Positions 10,022 to 23,462 of a DNA stretch of 64,000 nt are shown here, one piece after another. Numbering within the stretch: position 1 is the first letter of the stretch; each line of letters starts with the position of its first letter. Made by a program: the position numbers and the translations under genes. The notes under the pieces were generated by a model. It was not told the origin of the DNA. It ran no database searches and saw nothing but the letters and a program-made list of their open reading frames with translations. Source of the DNA: Squalus acanthias (Eukaryota); the NCBI GenBank assembly GCA_030390025.1, contig CM059432.1:2108001-2172000 (forward strand), read 5' to 3'.

Positions 10022-10932
10022 TGGGGTGGGCAACTCTGGTTAGACGTATCCCTGGAGGTTTTAGTACATGAGCAGCGGGGATGCACGAGAGGCCAGAATT
10101 GGAGGAGCGTCAGATTAACGTCTCATCTGAAAGACAGCACCTCCGACAGATGTGTTTAAACTGTTGAAATGATTTGGTAGGGTAGGTGCAGAGAAACTAT
10201 TTCCTCTGCTGGGAAAATCGAGAACGAGGGGACATAATCTTAAAGTAAATCTCACAACGCTTTTAATGATTTTTTGGGGGGGTTTTGCACGCGGCAGTGC
10301 CCTGGAGAGTAGTCTGTAATTCCTGGAGACACCAGGACATAACAACCTAAGAAATAGGAGCAGGAGTCGGCCATTCGGCCCCTCGAGCCTGCTCCCCCAT
10401 TCAATAAGATCATGGCTGATCTTCGACCTCAACTCCACTTTCCTGCACTATCCCCATATCTCTTGATTCCCTTAATGTTCAAAAATCTATCGATCTCGGT
10501 CTTGAATATACTCAACGACTGAGCCTCCACAGCCCTCTGGGGTAGAGAATTCCAAAGATTCACCACCCTCCGAGTGAAGAAATTTCTCCTCATCTCAATC
10601 CAAATGGCCGACCCCTTATTCTGAGACTGTGACCCCTGGTTCTAGACTCCCCAGCCAGGGGAAACATCCTCCCTGCATCTACCCTGTCAAGCCTTGTAAG
10701 AATTTTGTATGTTTCAATGAGATCACCTCTCATTCTTACATTACAACAGTGACTCCACTTCAAACATACTTCATTGGCTGTAAAGCGCTTTGAGACGTCC
10801 GGTGGTCGTGAAAGGCGCTATAGAAATGCAAGTCTTTCTTTTTCTTTTTTCATTCTTCTAAACTCTAGAGAATAATGGCCTAGTCTACTCAATCTCTCCT
10901 CATAGGACAATCCTGGAGAATTGGCCACCCGA
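10022..10932. mobile_element. hAT-like non-autonomous element carrying nested LINE/SINE fragments (CR1 at ~10345-10910, minus strand)
   Basis: Ends TGGGGTGGGCAAC.../...TTGGCCACCCGA and CCTGGAG sub-repeats, shared with 47661-48036. Confidence 0.5.
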
Positions 10933-11107
10933 AACGCAGGTCCCAATCGGTTTCCAGAACGCACTGAAAACAAGCGGTGTGACTTCCACTCAAATAGATG
11001 CCCGCCTCGCCCTATTTGGGCTTGGCGCTGCGTAGAATGTAACTCCAGTGAGGTGTGAAGCTGGGTTTATGGAGTGCTCAACTGGTGCGTTGCAAGCCTG
11101 TTAGCAG

Positions 11108-11530
11108 GTGTCAGCCGTGGCTCAGTGGGCAGCACCCTCGCCTCTGAGTCAGGAGGCTGTGGGTTCAAGTCCCACTCAAAAAACCTGAGCCCACAATCCT
11201 GATCAACACTCCCAGTGCAGTGCTGTGGGAGGTGCCGTCTTTCGGATGAGACGTTAAACCGAGGCCCCGTCTGCTCTCTCAGGTGGACGTAAAAGATCCC
11301 ACGGCACTATTTTGAAGAAGAGCAGGGGAGTTATCCCCGGTGTCCTGGGGCCAATATTTATCCCTCAACCAACATCACTAAAACAGATGATCTGGTCATT
11401 ATCACATTGCTGTTTGTGGGAGCTTGCTGTGCGCAAATTGGCTGCCGTGTTTCCTACATTACAACAGTGACTACACTTCAAAAAGTACTTCATTGGCTGT
11501 AAAGTGCTTTGGGACAAATGCAAGTCTTTA
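11108..11530 (+). mobile_element. DeuSINE-type SINE
   Basis: tRNA head, Deu body and tail; followed by an L2 tail to ~11643. Confidence 0.85.
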
Positions 11531-11884
11531 TTTTCTTATGTGGTTCGGTATCAAATGTTGTTTGATAATCGCACCTGTGAAGCGCCTTGGGACGTTTTAC
11601 TACGTTAAAGGCGCTATATAAATACAAGTTGTTGTTGTTGTTGAAAACATCAAGTTGTATGTGAAGAAAAAAAAGACTTACTCCTCATATTATAGAAATA
11701 TTGCAGCATTTGTAAGTTTTGGGGGAGCTTAAGCAGATCGTGTGAAAACCACGCTGTGTTGAGTTGTAGATGGATGATCTTCCCTCAGTGCCGAAACAAC
11801 ATACAATGCAGCCACCTACTATTTCCACATTTATGTGAGGATTGCTCTCCTCAGAGCAGAGAAGGTTAAGGGGAGATTTAAGGT

Positions 11885-13157
11885 ATCATAGAATCATTAC
11901 AGCACAGAAGGAGGCCATTCGGCCCGTCGAGCCCGTGCCGGCTCTCTGCAAGAGCACTTCAGCTAGTCCCACTCCCCCCCGCCCTTTCCCCGTAGCCCTG
12001 CAAATTTTTTCCTTCAGGTACTTATCCAACTCCCTTTTGAAAGCCATGATTGAGTCTGTCTCCACCACCCTTTCAGGCAGTACATTCCAGATCCTAACCA
12101 CTCGCTGCGTAAAAAAGTTTTCCCTCATGTCTCCTTTGGTTCTTCAGCCAATCACCTTAAATCTATGTCCTCTGGTTCTCGACCCTTCCTCCAATGGGAA
12201 CAGTTTCTCTCTATCTGCTCTGTCCAGACCCCTCATGATTTTGAACACCTCTATCAAATCTCCTCTCAACCTTCTCTGCTCGAAGGAGAACAACCCCAGC
12301 TTCTCCAGTCTATCCACGTAACTGAAGTCCCTCATCCCTGGAATCATTCTCGTAAATCTTTCTGCACCTTCTCTAAGGCCTTCACATCCTTCCTAAAGTG
12401 CAGTGCCCAGAATTGGACACAGTACTCCAGTTGGGGCCGAACCACAGTTTTATACAGGTTCATCATAATTTCCACACTTTTGTGCTCTATACCTCTATTC
12501 ATGAAGCCCAGGATCCCGTAAACCTTTTTAACTGCTTTCTCAACCTGCCCTGCCACCTTCAACAATTTGTGCACATATACCCCCAGGTCTCTCTGTTCAT
12601 GCACCTCCTTTAGGATTGTACCATTTAGTTTATATTTCCACCCTTCATTCTTTCTACCAAAATGTATCACTTCACACTTTTCTGCGTTAAATTTCATCTG
12701 CCACGTGTCCGTCCATTCCACCAGCCTGTTTATGTCCTTTTGAAGTCTATCACTATCCTCCTCACTGTTCACTATACTTCCAAGTTTTGTGTCATCTACA
12801 AATTTTAAAATTGTGCCCTGTACACCCACGTCCAAGTCATTAATATATATTAAGAAAAGCAGTGGTCCTAGAACCGACCCCTGGGGAACACCACTGTATA
12901 CCTTCCTCCAGTCTGAAAAACAACCGTTCACCACTACTCTCGGTTTCCTGTCACTTAGCCAATTCCGAATCCATACTGCCACAGTCCCTTTTATTCCATG
13001 GGCTTCAACTTTGCTAGTAAGCCTATTATGTGGCACTTTGTCGAACGCCTTGTGGAAGTCCATGCACATCACGTCAACCGCATTGCTCTCATCAACCCTC
13101 TCTGTTACCTCATCAAAAAACTCGATCAGGTTGGTTAAACAAGATTTGCTTTTAACA
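11885..13157 (-). mobile_element. CR1 LINE fragment containing the reverse transcriptase domain
   Basis: KSCLTNLIEFFD...DFHKAFDKVPH...SGVPQGSVLGPLLFLIYINDL...FVDDTKL, with a frameshift near 12345. Confidence 0.9.
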
Positions 13158-13224
13158 AGGTAATTGGCAAAAGAACCAGAGGTGACATGAGGAAAAACAA
13201 TTTTCACGCAGCGAGTTGTTGTGT

Positions 13225-14196
13225 TAGAACATAAGAACATAAGAAATTGGAGCAGGATTAGGCCATTCGGCCCTTCGAGCCTGCTCCGCCTTCCAATGAG
13301 ATCATGGCTGATCTTCTGCCTCAACTACATTCACCGGCCCTATCGCCATATCCCTTGATGCCCTTACTAGTCAGAATCTATCGACTTCTGTTTTGAATAT
13401 ACCCAATGACTGAGCCTCCACAGCCCTCTGGGGTAGAGAACTCCAAAAATTCACCACCCTCTGTGTGAAGAAATTTCTTCTCATCTCAGTCCTGAATGGC
13501 CTACCCTTTATCCTGAGGCTGTGGCCCCTGGTTCTAGACTCCCCAGCCAAGGGAAACATTCTCCCAGCATCCATCCTATCAAGCCCTGTAATAATTTTGT
13601 ATGCTTCAATGAGATCCCCTCTCATTCTTCTGAATTCAAGAGAATGCAGGCCTAGTTTACTCAATCTCTTCTCATACGACAGTCCCGCCATCCCAGGAAT
13701 CAACCTCGTGAACCTTCGTTGCACTCCCTCTATGCCAAGTGTATCCTTCCTTAGGTAAGAAGACCAAAATTGTACACAGTACTCCAGGTGTGGTCTCACC
13801 AAGGCCCTATATAATTGGAGTAAGACTTCTTTACTCCTGTACTCAAATCCTCTTGTAATGAAGGCCAGCAGACTATTTGCCTTCCTAACGGCTTGCTGCA
13901 CCTGCACATTCACTTTCAGTGACTCATGTACAAGGACACCCAGGTCCCGTTGAGCATCTGCATTCCCCAATCTTTCACCATTTAGGAAATACTCTGCCTA
14001 TCTGTTTTTTCTACCAAAGTGGATAACTTCACATTTATCCACATTATATTCCACCTGCCATGGTCTCGCCCACTCACTGAGCCTGTCGAGATCCCCTTGA
14101 AGCCTCTTCACAACTGACACTGCCACCTCGCTTTGTATCATCAGCAAATTTGGAAATGTTACATTTAGTCCCCTCATCCAAATCATTGATATAGAT
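13225..14196 (-). mobile_element. CR1 LINE 3' fragment (second subfamily)
   Basis: QRDLGVLV...LVRPHLEYCVQFWS...SLEFRRMRGDLIE, with a (TTCTTATG)n tail. Confidence 0.9.
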
Positions 14197-14688
14197 TGTT
14201 CTGGAACGCGCTGCCTGAAAGGGCGGTGGAAGCAGATTCAATAGTAACTTTCAAAAGGAAATTGGATAAATATGTGAAGGACAAAAAAATTTGCAGGGCT
14301 GTGGGGAAAGAGCAGGGGGGAGTGGGACTAATGGGAGAGCTCGTTCAAAGAGCCGGCACAGGCACGATGGGCCGAATGGCCTCCTCCTGCGCCATTGGGG
14401 TTCTTTTCTATGAATTGTGGCTGTTAACTTAGTTCGAGACAACAAAACCTTTTGTTAATTCTAAGCACTCCTGCATGTTATTGGTATTGCATTATTTACA
14501 TGCACCTGGGGGTTTATAGCAGTACGGTTTGGAACTATTCTTCATACAGATTACTTTCTTTTTAATGTCCTACAAGTGCGAGCACAAGTGAAACATTTAG
14601 TGCCTGTAATAGTGGGACTTATCTCCCCAGCCCCTCCCACAAAAAAAATCGTCACTGCAGCAAATGCTCGCGGCCACCCCCGCATAAT

Positions 14689-16704
14689 GGGGAGGAATTT
14701 GCTGGAATTGGGTATCTCACGACGTTCCCCATTAGTCAAACTTGCTCCTGCACTCTTCAGGCCAAAATATTTTTGCGCCGTGACTTGCTGGAAGTGGGAG
14801 CTGATAACGGCGAGAACACAAGAATTAGGAGCAGGAGTCGGCCACACGGCCCCTCGAGCCTGCTCCGCCATTCAATAAGATCATGGCTGATCATCGACCT
14901 CAGCTCCACTTTCCTGCCCGATCTCCATATCCCTCGATTCCCCTAGAGTCCAAAAATCTATCAATCTCAGCCTTGAATATACTCAATGATTCAGCATCCA
15001 CAGCCCTCTGGGGCAGAGAATTCCAAAGATTCACAACCCTCTAAGTGAAGAAATTCCTCCTCATCTCAGTCTTAAATGGCCGACCCCTTATCCTGAGACT
15101 GTGACCCCTAGTTCTAGACTCTCCAGCCAGGGGGGAACAACCTCTCAGCATCTACCCTGTCAATCCCCCTCAGAATCTTGTATGTTTCAATGAGATCGCC
15201 TCTCATTCTTCTAAACTCCAGAGAGTATAGGCCCATTCTACTCAATCTCTCATCATAGGACAGCCCTCTCATCCCAGGGATCAATCTAGTGAACCTAGGG
15301 CATCTGGGACCTTGGTGAACATGGGAACAGGAGGAGGCCTTTCAGCCCCGCGAGCCTGTTCCGCCATTCAGTGAGACCCTGGCTGATCTGTATCCTAACT
15401 CCATCCACCCGCCTTGGCTCCATGTTCCTTCATACCCTTGTCTAGCAAAAATCTGTCGATCTCAGATTTAAAATTATTAATTGAGCCCCAGCATCGACTG
15501 CTTTTTGTGGGAGAGAGTTCCACACTCCTACCATCCTTTGCCTGAATGATGGGACCAACAGTCTATCTCCTTCACCAATGAGATTTAAGGATTTAGAAAG
15601 AAACAGAGGACGACGGAGAAGGAAATCGGGTGAATTAGAGTCAAATCAGGCACAGAAAGAGAAATAAAGAGGGAAAGAAAGATTGGATTCAGAGAAAGAG
15701 AAAAAGAGGCAGAATGGAATAATAATTTGAAAAATTAAATTTAAAATTTGACATTTTAAAAATCTCCAACAATAATTCACTACCTGAAGGAATGAGATGC
15801 CACACTGAGGAACATAGGAGCAGGAGGCCATTCAGCCCCTCGAGCCTGTTCTGCCATTCAGTGAGTTCATGTCTGATCTGCGACCTAACTCCATAGACCC
15901 GCCTTTGGCCCATATCCCTTAATACCATTGGTTAACAAAAACCTATCAATCTCAGATTTAAAATTAACAATCGATCTAGCATCAATTTCTGTTTGCGGAA
16001 GGGAGTTCCAAACTTCTACCACCTTTTGTGTGTAGAAGTGTTTCCTAATTTCCTAGTAACTTTTAATTGTTCATTTCCTGGGCCAGAGAGGTTGATTGGC
16101 AGTCATTATCAATTATCATGTCGTTAAAAGGGTACTTACACTGTTAATTACTAGACTTAACTTTCTGCGGCGAGTGTAATGGCCAATTAATGTGCAAATG
16201 CAACAACTTCATGAGACTCACGGGGGAGGTGAAGCGTGAGATCCCATTTTTGTGAGGCTAACCCTAGAAGGACAAGGGCAGCAGGCGCATGGGAACACCA
16301 CCACCTCCAAGTTCCCCTCCAAGTCACACACACCATCCTAACTTGGAAGTATATCGGCCGTTCCTTCATCGTCGCTGGGTCAAAATCCTGGAACTCCCTC
16401 CCTAACAGCACTGTGGGAGTACCTTCACCACACGGACTGCAGCGGTTCAAGAAGGCGGCTCACCACCACCTTCTCGAGGGCGACTAGGGATGGGCGATAA
16501 ATGCCGGCCTTGCCAGCGACGCCCACAATCCCAGGAACGAATAAAAGAAAAAATGGCCGGCGTGTCGCAAATCATCCAACGACTTGCGGCAATTCGCGAC
16601 TCACGGGACATCTCCTGCTCGCTAACAAGTTGCTGGCCGATTTACACATTAATAACGGCGTGCGTCGTACACACGCTGTTCTAACTTCCGGGAAATTCCA
16701 GCCT
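14689..16704. mobile_element. Putative old Harbinger-like non-autonomous element with several nested LINE insertions
   Basis: Imperfect TIRs GGGGAGGAATTTGCTGGAA and TTCCGGGAAATTCCAGCCT (14/19 match). CR1 fragments lie at ~14815-15540 and ~15810-16055. Confidence 0.4.
16262..16555 (+). mobile_element. Non-LTR retrotransposon 3' end (third LINE family)
   Basis: AGSKSWNSLP...FKKAAHHHLL plus an AATAAA-containing tail. Other copies at 29470-29705(-), 42978-43080 and 51634-52280. Confidence 0.8.
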
Positions 16705-18666
16705 ATATATGCGCATGTACAGTCGGCTCAATCGCTTCGGCTTTCTGAGCCACAGACGGAAGTCTGTGTCGGAATCCCTGCCTCATTTGACGCCGAAAGA
16801 CTTGTTTCCGCCCCTTAGACCTCGAGCGTAGAAATTTTATTTAAAAAAAAAATGAGGTGGGAAATAAATAAAACTGCTCAATTTAACACGAGTTAAATAA
16901 ACGACAAGTAAATGAAAAGGAGTATTAAATTGCAGGGTTCTAAATTGGCTGATTTGTGAAACAAGAAATCCCTTCAGCTGATGATCAGCGATGGGGAAAC
17001 ACAGCCTGATATGACACTCTGCTGCTGAGACGAGCGTGGCGCGGGCAAACGTTTCCTGGAGCCCAGATACACACAGAGACTTTGGCGGGAAAAAACCCCC
17101 ACCCCCCCCCCCCAGACAGCGTTCAGATATGTTTAAAATAACGTGGTTTTACAGTACTGTTTAACTGTCTGCTCGCTGTGAAATGCTTGCTACTTCCCAA
17201 AGGCACTGTCAAAGTCCCCGGAACAAAGGGAATCAGAAAAGTTTACGGGCACAGAAGGAGGCCATTCGGCCCATCGTGTCTGCGCTGGCCAAAAAAAAAG
17301 AGCCTAATCCCACTTTCCAGCTCGTGGTCCGTAGCCTTGCCGGCTAAGCAAGGCCTCGATTTTAAAATTCTCACCCTTGATTTTAAATCCCTCCGTGGCC
17401 TTGCCCCCTCCCTATCTCTGTAACCTCCTCCAGCCCCCCACAACCCGGCCCCCCACCCCCCACCCCGAGATCTCTGCGCTCCTCCAATTCTGTCCTCTTG
17501 AGCATCCCTGATTATAATCGGTCAACCATTGGCGGCCGTGCCTTCAGCTGCCTGGGCCCCGAGCTCCGGAATTCCCTCCCTAAACCTCTCCGCCTCTCTC
17601 TCTCTCTCTCCTCCTTTAAGACGCTCCTTAAAACCTCCCTCTTTGACCAAGCTTTTGGTCGCCTGTCCTAATATCTCCTTATGTGGCTCGGTGTCGAATT
17701 TTGTCTGATAATCGATCCTGTGAAGTGTCTTGGGACGTTTTACTACATTAAAGGCGCTGTATAAATACACGTTGTTGTTACAGCACTTCAAGTGCATATC
17801 CAAGTACTTTTTAAATGTGATGAGGGTTTCTGCCTCTCCCACCCTTTCAGGCAGTGAGTTCCAGACCCCACCACCCTCTGGGTGAAAAAAGTTCTCCTCA
17901 ACTCCCCTCTAATCCTTCTACCCATTACTTTAAATCTCTGCCCCCTGGTTATTGGCCTCTCTGCTAAGAGAAATAGGTCCTTCCTATCCACTCTATCTAG
18001 GCCCCTCATAATTTTATACACCTCAATTAAATCTCCCCTCAGCCTCCTCTGTTCCAAAGCGCGCGGAGTGTCCGATCAAGCTGCGTTTCCCCATCACTGA
18101 TTCCCAGCTGGCGGGATTCCTTGTTTCAAAGGGAGTAGTTCATTCAGTAATAAAAAGGAAAACAGAATGATTCATCTCGTTCAACCCAAGTCCTCACAAT
18201 CAAATGAGTATTAAATACAGCAGAATAAAGTTCCCTCCTGTTCTGCTCATTACCTGACTTTTTAATTCTGATCAATTCCACCCCAACCCCCCTCGGAAAC
18301 TACCTTTCAATTGTTTTAAACAAACACAATTAGCACAACTCCCCTGACATCACTTAATCCTTGAAGTACTGAGGCAGCAGAGATTCCAGTGTTTGGTGGC
18401 GGGCAGGGGGCAGCAGGAATTGTTTAGATTACATCTGTTGAACGTCAAGCGGGATTAAAGCTACTATCAGGCCAGCACATCAGGCTGCAGTCCCAACTCG
18501 GCATTATCTGTAAGTTCAAGAGGTGATCCGCCATCTCTTCCTGCTGCTGCAGGGTCTGTGACCAGACTTCCTCGCTCAAATAAAAACCAGCCCATTCTGG
18601 CATCTGGAGGCAGAAAGTATCCAGTGAGGAACTGGAAACAGGAAGACATGATAATGAAGAAAAATG

Positions 18667-18978
18667 CATACACAGACACACTCAGACACACACACACACT
18701 CACACACACACACTCAGACACACACACACACACACTCACACACACACACACACACACACTCTCACACACAACTCAGACACACACACACACACACACACAC
18801 TCTCACACAGACACACACACTCTCAAACACTCACACACACACACACTCACGACACACACACACACACACTCAGACACACACACACACTCACACACACACA
18901 CACTCACACACTCACACAGACACACTCACACAGACGCACACACTCAGACACACACACACACACTCACACACACACACA

Positions 18979-19017
<39 letters not shown>

Positions 19018-19048
19018 AGACACACACACACACACTCACACACACACT

Positions 19049-19080
<32 letters not shown>

Positions 19081-20100
19081 CTCAAACACTCACACACATA
19101 CACACTCACACACACACACACACACACTCAGACACACACACACACTCACACACACACACACTCACACACTCACACAGACACACTCACACACACTCAGACA
19201 CACACACACACTCTCACACACACACACACTCACACACACACACACACACACACTCACACACACACACTCAGACACACACACACACTCTCACACACACACA
19301 CTCACACACACACACACACACACACTCACACACACACACACACACACACTCTCACACACACACACACTCACACACACACTCTCACACACACACACACACA
19401 CACTCACACACACACACACTCACACTCAGACACACACACACTCACACACACTCACTCACACACTCACTCACACACAGACACACTCAGACACACACACACT
19501 CACACTCACTCACACACACACACACACACACAGACACTCACACACACACACTCAGACACACACACACACTCACACTCACACACACACTCACATAGACACA
19601 CAAACACTCACACACTCACACACACACACACACATGCACGTACACACACTCACACACTCACACTCCCTCACACACACACACCCTCACACACACACTCACA
19701 CATAGACACACTCTCACACTCACACACAGACATACTCACACTCACACAAACCCTCACACACACACTCACACTCTCTCACACTCACACACCCTCACACACA
19801 CACTCACACTCAGACACACACACACAGGCACACACACACCCTCACACTCAGACACACAGACACACTCACACACACACTCACACAGACACACACACACTCA
19901 CACGCAGACACACACGCAGACACACACTCACCACACACTCACACACACCCTCACACACACCCTCACACACTCACACAGACACACCCACAGACACACACCC
20001 ACAGACAGAGACACACACTTAGAGACACACAATTAGAGACACACTCACACAGACACAGACACAGACACACACACTCACACAGACACAGACACAGACACAC
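18667..20100. repeat. Complex (CA)n microsatellite with CT/GA interruptions
   Basis: ~1.4 kb of CACA with CTCA/CAGA variants. Confidence 0.95.
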
Positions 20101-22760
20101 GCTAACTATGTAACACCTTCCTGCCAGCCACATGTTAGACAGTGAATTTCTCACCCCACCTGTACAATGTCTGTGGTGAGGCAACAGCGGCCAGGCAACT
20201 GCACTGCTTTGAGCTGCACCGTTCAATCCAAATACCGCTGACATCCGGAATACATTCCACTCCAATCGCACACCCTTCTGAATTGTTGAAGAGCTGTTAA
20301 TGGACCCCAAGCCAAGTCACACACACACACTGACACACACACACTCACAGACACACACGTTTGCCTAACTTCTAATACCCAGCATCCCCCTCATCCCAAC
20401 GATGCTAAACTGACTCGTCAAAGCTTATCCACAGGAAACAGATAAGATGTCGACTCTTCCCCGGGTCGACAGGCTGATGACAACATCACAGTCTTCACAC
20501 AGATGGCGAGAAAAATGTGGCAAAGAAGAGTAAACAGACAAGTGTCATTCCTGTGTGGCCCAGGTGGCCTATAAGGTCCGAGCACTGACATAGGAGACAT
20601 TACGATATTAGTGCATAAGTGCAGCTGTTTGCAGACTAGATTCAGTTGCTAATGGTTTCCAGCGATTCCACGCCAACGCGTTAAAGTAAGTGTGTGAACA
20701 CTACGAGGATGAAAGCAACAAACACTCTGGAGAAATCAGTGGAAAGCAAAGCTTGCCTGACTCCCGGCCAAGTAGACAGGAATGCCCAGGCTCCTGCAGC
20801 CTGTGTAAATAAAAGAGGTCCTTATTTCCTAATTCTGCTGGCTGGTCTCACTGCAGCCGTCTCTGTGATACTGCCAAAGGGGATGCAGGGCTGGAACTAC
20901 ACCCAGCAGCTGAAGGGCCGTCTTTGTCCGCCCGGCAGACCTTCCCGAGCATCCTCCTGGCAACACTCGGCCATATCCTGTAAGGAAGAGCGCCGTCTCA
21001 CGCCTGACAAGTTTCTCAGCGACCCCGCACCACCCACCCACCCCTCCCACCCACCCCTCCCTCTCACCCCCAGCTTCACAAGAGCAAGAGAAAAAAAAAG
21101 CCCCTGACATTAACTGCTCGCTCGCTCCTTGCTGCGATGTGGCGGCAGCAATCCTAGTCAGCAGCGCTCAGAAAAAAAACACCTGTACGTTCCTGTACAG
21201 AAGAGACAGCAGAAGGTCTGGCAAAAAGAACCAGAGGGGGAGATGAGCAGAAATTATGTTTTTTTACGCAGCGAGTTGTTGTGATCTGGAACGCGCTGCC
21301 TGAAAGGGCGGTGGAAGCAGATTCAATAATAACTTTCAAAAGGGGAATTGGATAAATACTTGGAAAGAAAATATTTGCAGAGCTACAAGGAAAGAGCAGG
21401 GGGGGGGGGTGGGAGTGGGACTAATTGGGCGGCTCTTCCAAAGACAATACAGCACAGAAGGAGGCCATTCGACACAGCCTGCCTAAGCCGGAAACTATCA
21501 AAAGGGGAACTGGATATCTAGGAACAGGTGGAGGCCATTCAGCCCCTCGAGCCTGTTCCGTCATTCAATACGATTGTGGCTGATCTGTGTCCTAACCCTT
21601 ACCCTCCTCCCTGGCTCCATATCCCTTAATATCCTTGGCCAGCAAAAATCTATCGATCTCAGATTTAAAATTATTAATTGAGTTAATCCCCAGGAGGACA
21701 GCAGAGATACTTATGGGGCTAGGACAACATAGGAACAGGAGGAGGCCATTCAGCCCCTCGAGCCTGTTCAGCCATTCGCCGAGATCATGGCTGATCTGTC
21801 TGCTAACTCCATCCACCCACCTTGCCTCCAATTCCTTTTATACCCTTGTCTAGCAAACATCTCAGATATTAAAATTATTAATTGAGCCCCAGCATCGACT
21901 GCTTTTTGTGGGAGAGAGTTCCACACTTCTACCACCCTTTGTGTGAAGAAGTGTTTCCCTAACTTCTCTCCTGAATGGCCAGGCCCTAATTTTAAGGGGA
22001 TGCCCCCTTGTCCTAGACTCCCCCCACCAGCCGAAATAGTTTCTCTCTATCGATCCTATCAATTCCTTTCAAAATGCTAAAAACCTCAATTAAATCACCG
22101 CTTAGCCTTCTATATTCCAGGGAATACACTGGAAGGGGAAACATTTGCAGGGCTATGGGGAAAGGGCAGCGGAGTGGAACTGATTGGAGAGCTCGGCCAA
22201 AGAGCCGGCACAGGCACGATGGGACATTTTTGTTAACCAGAGGTATTAGGGGATATGGGGCAAAGGCGGGTATATGGAGTTAGGTCGCAGATCAGCCTTG
22301 ATCTCACTGAATGGAAGAAGAGGCTCGAGGGGCTCAATGGCCTCCTCCTGTTCCTATGTTCCTTCAGCTGCCCAGGGCCCTAAGCTCTGGAATTCCCTCC
22401 CTGAACCTCTCCGCCTCGCTCTCCTACTTTAAGACGTTCCTTAAAACCTACCTCTTTGGCAAAGCTTTTCTCATAGAGTCATAGGGGGAGAAATTCAGTA
22501 TCGCCCCGTATGGGGTGCGATTATCGGCCGGGCGCAAAGTTTAGCGCCTGTCGCTAATTATCGCCTCCAATGGCAAACTTGGTTTTTATCGCCCCCGGAG
22601 GTGATTGAAGCGCTAAATCAGGCGCTTCACACCTGTTTTAAGGTGCAACAAAGGCCGAGGAGCGAGGAGCGAGGCGCTACCTCAGAGCGCTGGCGAAGCT
22701 CATGTGATGTCAGTCAGGAATGGAACAGAGACACACTGGCGCCAGCCAGTTCTTAAAGGG

Positions 22761-22799
22761 GAGTTCTGACGAAAGGTCATCGACCTGAAACATTAACTC
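22761..22799 (+). ncRNA. Minimal hammerhead motif (family A; helix III palindrome mutated to ACAU)
   Basis: GAGUU-CUGACGA-A-AGGUC(AUC)GACCU-GAAA-CA-UU^AACUC. Confidence 0.65.
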
Positions 22800-22860
22800 T
22801 TTTTCTGTCTTCACAGATGCTGCTTGACCTGCTGAGTTTCTCCAGCATTTTCTGTTTTTA
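22764..22860 (+). mobile_element. 97-bp Penelope-like terminal fragment (family A) with 13-bp TSD
   Basis: TCTTAAAGGGGAG at 22751-22763 and 22861-22873. Confidence 0.8.
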
Positions 22861-23462
22861 TCTTAAAGGGGAGGGTTGATCTTGCTCTCCATCCACATCC
22901 TGCTCATTGCAGCCTTGAATATCGGCCTGGAGAGACCTGTACATCAAATCTGCTGGAAAGAACAATGGAGAGTCCCAGGGAAAGAGCTCGGAGTGCAGCC
23001 CCCACAGTCTCTTCTAAATCGATACAAGGAAGGGCAAATCAAAGTGCTGCTCAGTACCCAAAACTCCTTCACACAGCGTTGAATCTCTCCAGAAGTCTCT
23101 CTCTCTCTCTCTCAGAATGCGTGGTGCAAAATTGTCACCAACAAAAAAAGGCAGGAAGCGGTCGCCTTTAAATAGCGCTCCCCCAGTCCCTTCCTGACTG
23201 CAAAACACTCCCCTTAACCTGTCGTTGCTAGCGGCAGGCGGTAAGGCAGGGGGCTCCACTCAATATCCGCTACCGGGGCGTTGCATGCTCGACTGACGTC
23301 ACGATCTGCCGGCGCAGGAGATTGTGGCGGTAGTGTTTAGCGCCGCCGCAAAATGTCTAGTTAATTTCGCGAGCGGCACAAACATTGCCGCGCCCGGGCG
23401 CTAGTTGCTTTGCGACCTATTAGGGCACTAACGGGAGGCGCAAAGCAACCGAATTTTCCCCC

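Larger units (their letters stand above)
22484..23462. mobile_element. PIF/Harbinger-like non-autonomous element (~980 bp)
   Basis: TIRs GGGGGAGAAATTCAGT and ACCGAATTTTCCCCC, TSD ATA/ATA. Inserted in a CR1 (CATAGAGT)n tail. Confidence 0.7.

Noticed and set aside
16972..17061. CUGAUGA...GAAAC hammerhead-like string in unique DNA
   Set aside because: Helix II is weak with a non-canonical closing pair, and helix III does not pair in register. Likely chance.
18558..20022. His/Thr-rich ORFs of 345 and 452 aa
   Set aside because: Translations of a stop-free CA microsatellite.
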